Shown: positions 21,994 to 31,555, counted from the stretch's first letter. The stretch is DNA of 64,000 nucleotides from Nitrospirota bacterium (GCA_021814615.1 JAKAHZ010000004.1:6246-70245), one strand, 5' to 3'. The notes: a model not told the origin generated them from the letters alone. Made by a program: numbers and translations.

Positions 21994-22839
21994 TCACCAG
22001 GACAGGAGATAGTCCGCGTCGCTGGTTTTGGCGGTCCGGGGATCGCCCTGGACGGGACCCATGGGAAGCACCACGCGCGACGCAATTGTCGCCTCTTCAG
22101 CCACTTGAGCGGGAATGCCTTTTCTCCAGGCATGGCCGAAGCCCGTGAGTACGGCCACTTTCATGCCGGGATTGTGCTTCCGATAGTTCAGGAGGTAGAA
22201 CGCCATCGACTTGTCCCACACCTGCTGGGCTTCGCAGAAGTGCAGGAATTCGCTGGATGAGCGATGTTCGTGGCCGCGATAGGCATCTCTGATGAACCGC
22301 TGGTAGGCGGGATCCACATTGCAGCTCAAGCCCGGGGGGAGCTGCTTCCGCAGTTTTTCCGGCAGAGCGTCGAATCCCTTCTTGGCGACGGCGTCGGAGA
22401 TGCTGTCGGGAATATTCAGGCCGATCAGGGGGATGCGGTGTTCGCGGGTGTACAGGAAAATATCGCGGTAGAGCGGCCAGGGCATGCGCCAATTTTCATA
22501 GTAATCGGGGAGGAACCGCTCGAGGGAGAGCGTTCCTCCGACCCAGGCATCAAGGGTCTTCTGGCTCTCGGCGCGAAACATCTCCAGCCCCACGGCAAAG
22601 GAGGTGTCGGTCTCGTGCAGGGCCTGAATGATGTCGAGTTCCAGCCGGTGCAGCTCGGGTTCGTCGTGCAGTTCCCCGATGTAGATGATGTCCGCGGTCC
22701 TCAGGTCGTCCATCATCGTTTCGAAGGAGACGGTTTTCCCGTCGCGGACGCGGAACACTCCGCCGTCGCTTTCCTGTCTGGCCGGAAGGAAGGCGACGAT
22801 GAGGAGCAGGCAGATGCCGATGATCAGAGCATACTTCAT
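21994..22839 (-). CDS. ChaN-like heme-binding lipoprotein (Cofac_haem_bdg / Tiki superfamily)
   Basis: Signal/lipoprotein N-terminus MKYALIIGICLLLIVA. ChaN-family motifs IIYIGELHDEPE and GFGHAWR. Confidence 0.6.
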   Translation of the reverse strand: MKYALIIGICLLLIVAFLPARQESDGGVFRVRDGKTVSFETMMDDLRTADIIYIGELHDEPELHRLELDIIQALHETDTSFAVGLEMFRAESQKTLDAWVGGTLSLERFLPDYYENWRMPWPLYRDIFLYTREHRIPLIGLNIPDSISDAVAKKGFDALPEKLRKQLPPGLSCNVDPAYQRFIRDAYRGHEHRSSSEFLHFCEAQQVWDKSMAFYLLNYRKHNPGMKVAVLTGFGHAWRKGIPAQVAEEATIASRVVLPMGPVQGDPRTAKTSDADYLLSW

Positions 22840-22973
22840 ACTTGATTGTGGCTCACCTCTGGGTCCCTGTCAAGGCGTCTGGGAGGGATAGATGTAGATG
22901 GCGATGAAAGGAACCGGGTGCTCTCCCCCGGTTGTGTTCAGCAGGCGACCGCCTGCGGTGTCGTCGAGCCTGT

Positions 22974-23935
22974 TCAGGAGGAACCCTGGCCCGCGGTGCA
23001 GCCGGCGCAGTGGCGCTGGAGGCGGATCGTTCTTGCCATGAGCCGGGCCCGGTCGAAGTCCCTGATATGGAGCGGCGACCCTTCGGGGAGAGGGATGCCG
23101 GCTGCAAGGTTGAAATCGCAATCGTAGAGCAGTCCGTTCCATCCTACGCTGATCAGTTTTCTGCACATGAGGCCATTGAGTGTCGCTGGATTGTAGGCAG
23201 CTTCGAGCGACCGGAGGTAGGCGTCGAGCCTTCCTTCCCGGTCCAACGCTTCGCGGAACCTTCCGACGGGCATGTTGGCGAAAGCATAGAGGCGGTTGAA
23301 ACTGATGCCGTAGCGCTCCGCCAGGGTATTCCGGAAACCCTGCTCCAGCGACGCCTGGGGCGGCGGCAGAACGGCGCCGCGCGGATTATATACAAGGCTC
23401 AGGGGCCTCCCGCCGGCAACGCCGAACCCGAGGCCGTTCAACTCCCGGAGCGCGGCAATGCTCTTGTGGAACACGCCGTTCCCCCGGACCGCATCGACGT
23501 TATCCTCAAGATACCAGGGAAGGGAGGCGACGATCTCCACGGCCTCATCGGCATAGAAGCGGGGCAGATCCTTGTGGCCGTCTTCGGAAAAGACCGCCAG
23601 GTTCGTCCGTACGATCACATGCCGGCTGAGCCTGCGGGCGGAGCGGACAAGGTGGCGGAAGAGGGGATGCAACTCGGGAGCGCCGCCGGTAATATCCAGG
23701 GCGAGTGAAGGCATCGCTGCAAGGACCGCGAGCACCTGATCCATCGTTTCGCGGACCATCACCTCCGAACGCCCCGGTCCCGCGGAGAGGTGGCAATGGG
23801 AGCAGGAAAGATTGCAGCGGTACCCGATGTTTACCTGCAGAACGGCGATATCCAGCGGATCGAGAGTGCGCGGCGGCGAGAGGCGCGCCTGTCCTTCAAG
23901 GGGAATGCTGTTCTTGTTAAGCGGGATGATCATCG
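22974..23935 (-). CDS. Radical SAM/Cys-rich domain protein (ArsS-like, TIGR04167-like); ends ...CAGCTAGQGSS-TGA and may read through via selenocysteine to 22938
   Basis: CNLSCSHC radical SAM motif. C-terminal Cys-rich HCAGCTAGQGSS followed by an in-frame TGA, then 11 more sense codons (TGSTTPQAVAC), then TGA. Start taken at the internal MIIPLNKN; the ORF extends upstream to 24113. Confidence 0.75.
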
Positions 23936-24030
23936 GCTTGTTCAGTGGGGCAGATCGTCCCCCGGTCGCGGTTACTACTATACCACCTCCGGGACGATCT
24001 CTGCAAAAGGATAGGGGGATTCCGTCGTTG

Positions 24031-24756
24031 CTAGCGGTAGTACTTTGCCAGCTCTTCGGGAGGGACGCCCGCGCAGTAGAGGCATTGGAGCATCCAGTTA
24101 CGCGTTGTGGCACGAAGCACGCCTTCCCGTTCCCATCGCCTGGCCGAGGTGAGCGCCTTTTCCGGGAGCACGGCGATCCGGTCTCCCCGTTTCCTGATCC
24201 TCGCCATGAGCTCTACATCTTCCATGAGCGGAATCTCGCGGAAGCCTCCGATCCGTTCGAAATAGGCGCGTCTCAGGAAGATCGCCTGATCGCCGAAGGG
24301 GACCCTGGTGATCCGGGTCCTGCAGGCAACGTAGCGCTCGGTGATCCGGAAATACCAGCGTGAAGAATCGATGCCCAGGTCGAAACAGCCGCCGACGGAC
24401 AAGGGATCCAAGAGACAGGCGGCAATGAGCGAGTCGGCGTGTGCGGGGAGCAGGGTGTCTGCGTGGAGGAAAAGGATGACCTCTCCTGCGGCGCGGCTCG
24501 CGCCACGGTTCATCTGGATCGCACGTCCGGGGGCCGAGAGCAGAGAAACGACATCTTGAACATCCAGCGCGCTGAGCGTGCTTCCCTGCGGATCTCCGTC
24601 CACGACGATGATCTCGACCGGCAAACGGTCGCAGACAGCGGTGACGCGCCGGACTGTTCCGTTGATCCGGTTCTCCTCGTGCAGGACCGGGATGACGACG
24701 GAAAGGAACGTCGGCTGGAGTCCGGGTGCATCAGGGATGGCTGAAAGATGTTCCAC
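24031..24756 (-). CDS. Family 2 glycosyltransferase (rSAM/selenodomain-associated transferase 2-like, TIGR04283-like)
   Basis: GT2 signature VVIPVLHEE...IIVVDGDP. Length 241 aa. Adjacent to the rSAM gene. Confidence 0.65.
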   Translation of the reverse strand: MEHLSAIPDAPGLQPTFLSVVIPVLHEENRINGTVRRVTAVCDRLPVEIIVVDGDPQGSTLSALDVQDVVSLLSAPGRAIQMNRGASRAAGEVILFLHADTLLPAHADSLIAACLLDPLSVGGCFDLGIDSSRWYFRITERYVACRTRITRVPFGDQAIFLRRAYFERIGGFREIPLMEDVELMARIRKRGDRIAVLPEKALTSARRWEREGVLRATTRNWMLQCLYCAGVPPEELAKYYR

Positions 24757-24768
24757 GGTAAGGAAAGA

Positions 24769-25410
24769 TCACTTATTGCGGGAAGGGCAGATATCGCGCA
24801 GCACACACGCGTCGTGCAGCTGTTTTCGCGCCTGGCAGACCGCGCGTCCATGGTAGATGAGCAGATGCGAGAGGTTCCCCCATTCCTTCTTCGGCGTGAT
24901 CGCCATGAGGTCCTGCTCGATCTTGACGGGATCGGTGTGTTTCGTGAACCCCAGCAGGTATGCCACCCGTTTCACGTGGGTATCCACGGCGATGCCGGAT
25001 TCGATGCCGAAGGCGCTGTGCAGCACGATATTGGCGGTCTTGCGCGCCACGCCGGGAAGGGTGACGAGTTCCTCCATGGTTTGGGGGACCGCGCCGCCGA
25101 AGGCGTCCATGATCATGGCGGCGGTTTTCCGGATGTTCTTCGCCTTGTTGTTGAAGAAATTGACGGACCGGACGTCCTGTGCCAGCTTTTCCGCCGGAGT
25201 ATCGGCAAAGGACCGGATGGTCCGGTATTTTTTGAACAGCGCAGGCGTGACCTTGTTTACCTGCACGTCCGTGGTCTGGGCGGACAGGATCGTCGCGACA
25301 AGCAGTTCGAAGGGGGTCTGGAAGGCAAGGGCTGTTTTCGGCTTTCCCGAGTATTCCTTTTTCAGCCGCTTAAGGATGATCCCGACCCGTTCCTGTTTGT
25401 CCGTGGCCAT
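24769..25410 (-). CDS. nth: Endonuclease III
   Basis: HhH-GPD core LPGVARKTANIVL. C-terminal [4Fe-4S] cluster motif C-x6-C-x2-C-x5-C. Confidence 0.9.
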   Translation of the reverse strand: MATDKQERVGIILKRLKKEYSGKPKTALAFQTPFELLVATILSAQTTDVQVNKVTPALFKKYRTIRSFADTPAEKLAQDVRSVNFFNNKAKNIRKTAAMIMDAFGGAVPQTMEELVTLPGVARKTANIVLHSAFGIESGIAVDTHVKRVAYLLGFTKHTDPVKIEQDLMAITPKKEWGNLSHLLIYHGRAVCQARKQLHDACVLRDICPSRNK

Positions 25411-25556
25411 GAACCGCTCCCCGCGTCAATACTTGACAGATTCGTAAGAACCCACCACAGAGTCACGGAGACACAGAGAAAAGCAAGTTGAAAATACGAG
25501 GATTTTCTCAGTGTCCTCAGTGTCTCCGTGGTAATAATCGACTTACTGTGACTTTA

Positions 25557-27344
25557 TCAATACTTATGACAGTTCTTGCAGATATCCTTGGGCGCGTTCG
25601 CCGGATACCGGAAGAGCTTCATCGAATCGGAGCTGTGCGGATTGTGGCAGCTGGCGCAGGAGAAAGGCTTCCCTTCGCGAGCGGGGTCCCGTTCTTTCTT
25701 GCTCAGTTTGTGCGGTTTTCCGCCGTCGGCATGCTTCGGGATGCCGAGCGGATGGCCGCCGGTGCCGAATCCGGAGATGGCGTGTGGCTTCTTGGCTACG
25801 TCGTCGTGGCAGTCGAGGCAGACGAGCGAGGGCGCCTTGAGCAGGATGGCATAGAAATCCGACGAATGCGGCGTGTGGCAGGAGAGGCACATGCCGTCGG
25901 CGACGGGCGGATGCACGTTCTTCTTCGTGAATTCCGCCTTGTCGTGGCAGGTATAGCAGAGATCGGGGACCGCCGAAAGGAGGAGCCGTTCGTTCTTCGT
26001 TGAATGGGGGGTGTGGCAGCCCGTGCATCCCATCCCGACCGCGGCGTGAACGACCTGTTTCGTGAATTTGGCCTTGTCGTGGCAGGTGTAACAGAGGTCG
26101 GGCTGCGCTGAGAGAAGCAGCCGTTCGTTCTTTGACGAATGGGGGGTATGGCAGGCGGTGCATCCCATGCCGAGCGCGGCATGCACCACTTTCTCGGTGA
26201 ACTTGGTCTTGTCGTGGCACTGGTAGCAGAGCTCGGTTCCTTCGGCCTTCAGCAGCTTGCCGGTATCGGTCGAGTGGGGGCTGTGGCAGGCGGTGCATCC
26301 CATGCCGATTGCCGCATGCACGACTTTCTCGGTGAACTTGGCCTTGTCATGGCAGGTGTAGCAGAGGTCGGCGCCGTCAGCTTTCAGGAGCTTGTCGGCC
26401 TTGGTCGAATGAGGGCTGTGGCAGGCGGTGCATCCCTTGCCCAGAGCGGCATGGACCGTCTTGTGCGTGAACTGCGCCTTGTCATGGCACTGGTAGCAGA
26501 GCTCCGGCGCCTCGGCTTTCAGGAGCTTGGGCGTGGCGGTTGAATGGGGATTGTGGCAGGATGTGCAGCCCATGCCGATGGCGCCGTGGACGGTCTTCTG
26601 CGTGAACTTGGATTTGTCGTGACACTGGTAGCAGAGCTCGGCGCCTCCGTTTTTCAGCAGTTTCTCCGATGACGTGGAATGGGGATCATGGCAGGCGGTG
26701 CATCCCATGCCGATGGCCGCATGGACCGTCTTCTGCGTGAACTTGGACTTGTCGTGGCACTGATAGCAGAGCTCCGGCGGCTCGGCCTTCAGGAGCTTGG
26801 GCGTCGGCGTGGCATGGGGGGCATGGCAGGCGGTGCAGCCCATGCTGATTGCGGCGTGGACCGTCTTCTGGGTGAACTTCGACTTGTCGTGGCAGGTGAA
26901 GCAGAGCGCCGGCTGCTCCTCGTTCAGGAGCTTGGCGTTGTCCGAAGAATGGGGATTGTGGCAGCCGGTGCAGCCCATGCTGACGGCCGCATGGACCGTC
27001 TTGTTCGTAAAGGAGGCCTTGTCATGGCATTGATAGCAGAGCTCGGGCTGCTCGGCGGAGAGGCCCCGCTTGATATTGTTCGTGATCTTGTGCGGAACGG
27101 GGATCATGGCGCCCAGTCCGGTGTGGCAGGTGCGGCACCCCATGTCCAGCGCCGCATGGACGACCTTCTGTTTCGCCAGGCGGGAATGGCACATCAAGCA
27201 GTCCACTTCCTCGGCTTCTGCGGCAGGCGGCGGAAGGAGCAGCAGGAACGCAGCCAGTACCGCCAGAGCCGCCATACGCCGGAGCACTGCGGAGAACGGG
27301 CGCCTGCGGGCTGGATTCATTTCGAAATGATGTGCTGTAGCCAT
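25557..27344 (-). CDS. Tandem-repeat multiheme c-type cytochrome (~23 CxxCH; nine 45-aa diheme repeat units)
   Basis: Signal peptide present. Repeated unit KFT.KTVHAA.GMGCT.CH.PHS....KLLKAE..ELCYQCHDK. Ends CKNCHKY. Confidence 0.85.
   Translation of the reverse strand: MATAHHFEMNPARRRPFSAVLRRMAALAVLAAFLLLLPPPAAEAEEVDCLMCHSRLAKQKVVHAALDMGCRTCHTGLGAMIPVPHKITNNIKRGLSAEQPELCYQCHDKASFTNKTVHAAVSMGCTGCHNPHSSDNAKLLNEEQPALCFTCHDKSKFTQKTVHAAISMGCTACHAPHATPTPKLLKAEPPELCYQCHDKSKFTQKTVHAAIGMGCTACHDPHSTSSEKLLKNGGAELCYQCHDKSKFTQKTVHGAIGMGCTSCHNPHSTATPKLLKAEAPELCYQCHDKAQFTHKTVHAALGKGCTACHSPHSTKADKLLKADGADLCYTCHDKAKFTEKVVHAAIGMGCTACHSPHSTDTGKLLKAEGTELCYQCHDKTKFTEKVVHAALGMGCTACHTPHSSKNERLLLSAQPDLCYTCHDKAKFTKQVVHAAVGMGCTGCHTPHSTKNERLLLSAVPDLCYTCHDKAEFTKKNVHPPVADGMCLSCHTPHSSDFYAILLKAPSLVCLDCHDDVAKKPHAISGFGTGGHPLGIPKHADGGKPHKLSKKERDPAREGKPFSCASCHNPHSSDSMKLFRYPANAPKDICKNCHKY
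25941..27155 (-). repeat. 135-nt tandem repeat array (about 9 units) inside the cytochrome gene
   Basis: The gtcgtggcac/gtcatggcag motif recurs at 25941, 26076, 26211, 26346, 26481, 26616, 26751, 26886 and 27021 with an exact 135-nt period. Confidence 0.85.
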
Positions 27345-27377
27345 GACGACGAAATCCTCCGTGAACAGGGATATCGA

Positions 27378-28187
27378 TCAGTATTTATGGCAGTTCTTGC
27401 ACAACTCCATCGGCGTGCGGGCGGGATACCGGAACAGCCTGACAGAGTCGGAACTGTGGGGATTGTGGCAGCTCGTACAGGAAAAGGGTTTGCCCTGACG
27501 GGCGGGATCCATCTTCTCCTTCTTTTTTCCTTCCGGTTCTTTTTTCTCCTTCTTTTCGGCCTTGGGCAGGCCCAGGGAATGCCCGTTGCCGCCGAACCCC
27601 GCGAGGGCATGGGGTCTCTTGGCGACTTCCTCATGGCAGTCGAGGCAGATCACGGACGGAGCCTTCTGAAGCAGGGCATAATTATCCGAGGAGTGGGGAT
27701 CGTGGCAGACCAGGCACATTTTATCCGCGACGGGCGGATGGACGTTCTTCTTCGTGAATTCCGCTTTGTCGTGGCAGTTCATGCACAGGTCGGGCACCGG
27801 AGCGATCAGGAGCTTCTCGTTGTCCGATGCATGGGGATTGTGGCATGCAGTGCAGCCCATGCCGATGGCAGCATGAACGACCGTGTGGGTAAACTTCGCC
27901 TTGTCGTGGCATCCATAGCAGAGCTCGGGCTGGTCCGCGGAAAGGCCTTTGGCGAAGGAGGTGGTTTTCTTGTGCGGCACCTTGAGCGCGTCATCGATGC
28001 CGCTGTGGCAAGCCGGGCAGCCCATGGAGACCGCAGCATGCACGACCTTCTTCTTGGCCGTGAGGCCGGCATGGCACTTGGAACAGTCGACCTCCTTCTT
28101 TGCCGGCGCTTCTGCAGCTGATGAGGGAAGGACGAAGAACAGGGAAACGATTGCCGCACTCAGGGCACAGCTGAGAAATCTGCGCAT
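27378..28187 (-). CDS. Multiheme c-type cytochrome (9 CxxCH), short paralog of the 595-aa repeat cytochrome
   Basis: Signal peptide present. Same diheme module and an identical C-terminus CKNCHKY. Confidence 0.85.
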   Translation of the reverse strand: MRRFLSCALSAAIVSLFFVLPSSAAEAPAKKEVDCSKCHAGLTAKKKVVHAAVSMGCPACHSGIDDALKVPHKKTTSFAKGLSADQPELCYGCHDKAKFTHTVVHAAIGMGCTACHNPHASDNEKLLIAPVPDLCMNCHDKAEFTKKNVHPPVADKMCLVCHDPHSSDNYALLQKAPSVICLDCHEEVAKRPHALAGFGGNGHSLGLPKAEKKEKKEPEGKKKEKMDPARQGKPFSCTSCHNPHSSDSVRLFRYPARTPMELCKNCHKY

Positions 28188-28442
28188 CTATCACAACTCC
28201 TGTTGATGGGGATGATAAGAGGCCGGAGACAACAGGCTGAATTGTAGCCCATTTTCCTCTTCCATGCAATGGTCTTGTGCAGAGAGTCCTGGATTCCCGA
28301 CAGAATGCGAGGGCGTCGGACAGTTGCGCATCTCGACGATAGGACGTTCTTCTGCAGCGAGAGGAAAAAGTCCCCCGGTCCTTGAAAAGGACCGGGGGGA
28401 GAGGAGGCCGGGACAGGGGGAGTCCCGGACACGAGAAGGTTT

Positions 28443-30059
28443 TTAGGGCAAGAAGGTCATGCTCATATCGATACCGGCGGCATTATCAGTGCGCAGATCG
28501 GCAGGCATCGGTCCGGCATGGGCTTTCACCTTCGGCGCTATCGAGGACCAGCCCAACGCCTCGATGCTGTAGAACGCTCCGGGGAGGGGCTGATCCGCGG
28601 TGCCGCCCGGGAGGTTCGACAGGGTATAGCTGCCGCCGGAAACGACCTCGCTGTTGATCCGGAGCGCATTCACGATCATCCCGCCATGCACCGCGAAGAC
28701 CACACCGCGATCCAGGACGCCGGTCTTGTCCGCGGGAATCTGGATACTGCCGGACACGGTCCGTGCCGTTGCCGGCGCCTTTACGTTCAGGGGACCGAAT
28801 ATCAGGTCCGCATGCTGCGGGTCCACGGGAAGGGGATCGCTGTGCTCGTAGAGTACCGCGTCCGCGACAGCCCGGAATCCTCCCGCACCCTCCACGGGAA
28901 CGACTGTGGTCAGGTTGACGGCCGCGGGATCGTAGACGCCCACATCGATCGGTTCTGCGGAGAGCGGAAAACCCGCGAAGGCGCCGGTCAGGGGACCGAA
29001 GTGTCGGATCCTGATCAGGTAGGGCGCTTCATTCGCTCCGGGAAGGGTCTGGTAGAACTTCGCCCAAGCGCCTGTCGGCGAGGCGATCGTGGCGCTCACC
29101 GGATAATCCGGGGCGGCAGCAGAAGTGAGCGTGACCGGGGGAATTTCCGTAGGCGATGCAGTCGGGGTCGTCCCCTGTACCGCGGGAACGTTCCTGATGA
29201 TCGCCGTCCGGTAGCCGATGCCGCGGATCACGATATCGTAGGAGCCGGGAACGAGCGGATAGAGGATGAACCGGCCGGTGGCCGGGTCCGCAATGAAGGT
29301 GGCCCTTCTGAGCACGTGTACCGCGCCGTCGGCGGAAAGCTGTTCGGCTTTGATCACGAACCGGGCGGTCGCCGTATTCGCCGATGCGATCGTGTCGATG
29401 TGGCCGGTGATGGCGCCGGCATTGTCCAGATCGAAGGATGCAAGGTTCGGCTTGAGGATATATTCGGTCTGGCCGTCGTGGTCGATCTTCACAATGTCGT
29501 GGCCTGCGTCGAAATCCAGGGCGAGCTTGAGCTTGCCGTTCTTCTTGACCTCGAAGGTTCCTTCCAGCCTGATGCCCTTCTGCGCTCCCGGTATGCGGAG
29601 GGGATAGGCCGCCGCATCGCCGGTCAGGTTCACCTGGTTGTTGTAGGCGAGTCCCGCATCGGTGGCCGAGGCGGCGAGCGGCGCTTCCGTGGCGGCGAGG
29701 ATGATCCGGATCTGCTCATAAGTCCCTTCGGGAAGCTCGATGTTGTCCCAGACCGGAACGCTGATCGCGCCGTTGGAAAGATCCAGGAGATCCAGGGTGA
29801 CCGGGGCCGCAAGCGGGAACTTCTCCCAGCCGGTCTGGTCCGGCCCCGACTGCTTCGATTGGCTGAACCAGAGGTCCTTGACGGTGATCCAGGCATGGTC
29901 CATGCCGTCGGCAGGCGCGTCGGTAATACTTACCGCTACTGCGCCCATTGCTGCGCCGGAAGTGCCCGATGTGGTCGATGCGCTTCCGGACCCGTTTGAG
30001 CATGCCTGCAGCAACAGGATGAGAAATGCACTGATCCAGAGATTGCGGATGGTCTTCAT
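28443..30059 (-). CDS. DUF4382-like lipoprotein, hypothetical
   Basis: Lipobox LLLQAC. The MDHAWITVKDLWF region resembles DUF4382. Downstream beta-sandwich-like region. Start taken at the internal MKTIRN; the ORF extends to 30086. Confidence 0.45.
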   Translation of the reverse strand: MKTIRNLWISAFLILLLQACSNGSGSASTTSGTSGAAMGAVAVSITDAPADGMDHAWITVKDLWFSQSKQSGPDQTGWEKFPLAAPVTLDLLDLSNGAISVPVWDNIELPEGTYEQIRIILAATEAPLAASATDAGLAYNNQVNLTGDAAAYPLRIPGAQKGIRLEGTFEVKKNGKLKLALDFDAGHDIVKIDHDGQTEYILKPNLASFDLDNAGAITGHIDTIASANTATARFVIKAEQLSADGAVHVLRRATFIADPATGRFILYPLVPGSYDIVIRGIGYRTAIIRNVPAVQGTTPTASPTEIPPVTLTSAAAPDYPVSATIASPTGAWAKFYQTLPGANEAPYLIRIRHFGPLTGAFAGFPLSAEPIDVGVYDPAAVNLTTVVPVEGAGGFRAVADAVLYEHSDPLPVDPQHADLIFGPLNVKAPATARTVSGSIQIPADKTGVLDRGVVFAVHGGMIVNALRINSEVVSGGSYTLSNLPGGTADQPLPGAFYSIEALGWSSIAPKVKAHAGPMPADLRTDNAAGIDMSMTFLP

Positions 30060-30749
30060 CAGAATCCTCCTCCGTATGGTGTGCACGTTCGGCCGCGTGT
30101 TGATGAATGAGACAGTGGGAAGAGAAAAAGGTTGAATGATGACCGAGGGTAATTAGCACTCACACAAAGGCTGATTATTTGCTAGTTTTTAAGATAGGTG
30201 AGCTTGAGATAAAGGAATAGCCGTAGGCGACCTTATCGCCCCTTGCAAAGCCCTGTCGAACATTCAGCGGGGCTTTTTTGTTGGGCGCGGTTTTTTCGTA
30301 CACCGCGAGAGAGTTCCCACCGCATCCTTTCACGGCCTGGATGGCCTGATTTTGTCTTCGCCTTTCATGACGGTACAGAAATAGGACCGCGTATGCTTGC
30401 TCGCATTGCGAAGCAGACGGGTCTCCTGCCTTCTGATTTGTAGAATAGCCGAATTAATCTAATCTTTCGCAAAACGTCGAAGACATTCTACGGCAGTTCG
30501 AGCAACGGGGAAAGAAAAGAGCCCGAAGGATGTATCCTTCAGGCTCATGATCCCCTCTCTGTTCATGGCCGGGGAGGCTGACCCATGCCGCGGCCCTGTC
30601 CGCCGCCGCGCGCTCCCGAAATCATATCGCGCATTTCGCGCTGGAATTCCTGAGCTCTTGCATGTCCGAGTTCCGCGGCTCAGTCCGCGCAGAAGCGGCA
30701 ATGCGGCGGGTTGCGATCAAATGTCTATTTGAAAATAAAAAATACATAT

Positions 30750-30778
30750 TTGACTTGTCCATCCCGCTGCGGTATAGT
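30750..30778 (+). promoter_or_regulatory. Sigma70-like promoter upstream of the tetR-emrA-emrB-like operon
   Basis: TTGACT - 17 nt - TATAGT in an AT-rich stretch about 55 nt upstream of the tetR ATG. Confidence 0.5.
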
Positions 30779-30831
30779 GGCCCCTCGAGCGTCCGGGGTC
30801 CCGAAAGGTCCGCTCCGGCGCGGGAGGGTCG

Positions 30832-31470
30832 ATGAAACCACGTGTGCATGGCGGGCAGAAGACGGACGCCGGGGGCCAGGATACCGCCGGCCGCATCATC
30901 TCCATGGCGACACGGCTCTTCGCCGAAAACGGTTATGACGGCACGTCGATCAAGCAGATCAGCGAGCAGGCGGGCGTCAATATCGCGGCGGTGAACTACC
31001 ATTTCGCGTCGAAGGAAAACCTGTTCCGCCGCATCATCGAGCAGTTCCTGTCCGATCTCTTCGTCTCGTCCCGGAAGACCCTGACGCCGCCGCAGAATGC
31101 GGAGGATATGAAGGTCCGTCTCGAGATATTCGTACGCCAGACGATCGAGGCGATCATCCGCCAGCCCGATGTCACGACGATTATCCAGCGCGAAGGAGTG
31201 CGGAGCGCCGAGATTTTCAAGAAAACCATTCTCCAGCACCGCGCGGCGTTGAACGCGTTTCTGGAACATGCGCGGACAATCGGATTGCTCGCGGCAGATG
31301 TGGATCCCGAATTCGCCGCGGCCTTTCTCATGGCCCAGATCGCGCAGGGGACACGGAAGGATCGGGCGAAACGGGAATTCTTCGGCCAGACGCCCGTGTC
31401 GGAGCGATGCCGCAATCAATGGATTCGCCAGACGATCCGGCTGTTCTGCGGCGGCATTCTGGCGGCGTGA
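30832..31470 (+). CDS. TetR/AcrR family transcriptional regulator
   Basis: HTH TetR_N region ENGYDGTSIKQISEQAGVNIAAVNYHFASKENLF. Confidence 0.85.
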   Translation: MKPRVHGGQKTDAGGQDTAGRIISMATRLFAENGYDGTSIKQISEQAGVNIAAVNYHFASKENLFRRIIEQFLSDLFVSSRKTLTPPQNAEDMKVRLEIFVRQTIEAIIRQPDVTTIIQREGVRSAEIFKKTILQHRAALNAFLEHARTIGLLAADVDPEFAAAFLMAQIAQGTRKDRAKREFFGQTPVSERCRNQWIRQTIRLFCGGILAA

Positions 31471-31555
31471 CCGGCGATGCAGGAACGACGGGAGTGCGCG
31501 GAGTTGCCGGCGAAGGGCTGCCGGTAGGATATTGGAGCGCAGGAGGTACGGAAGG

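Noticed and set aside
26679-28121. 480-aa plus-strand ORF spanning two cytochrome genes
   Set aside because: Antisense of the tandem-repeat cytochromes. Its repetitiveness simply mirrors the 135-nt repeat.
31268-31555. N-terminal 96-aa extension of the emrA-like ORF
   Set aside because: Arg-rich, overlaps the tetR gene, and an in-frame ATG with a strong RBS at 31556 begins the recognisable membrane-fusion protein.
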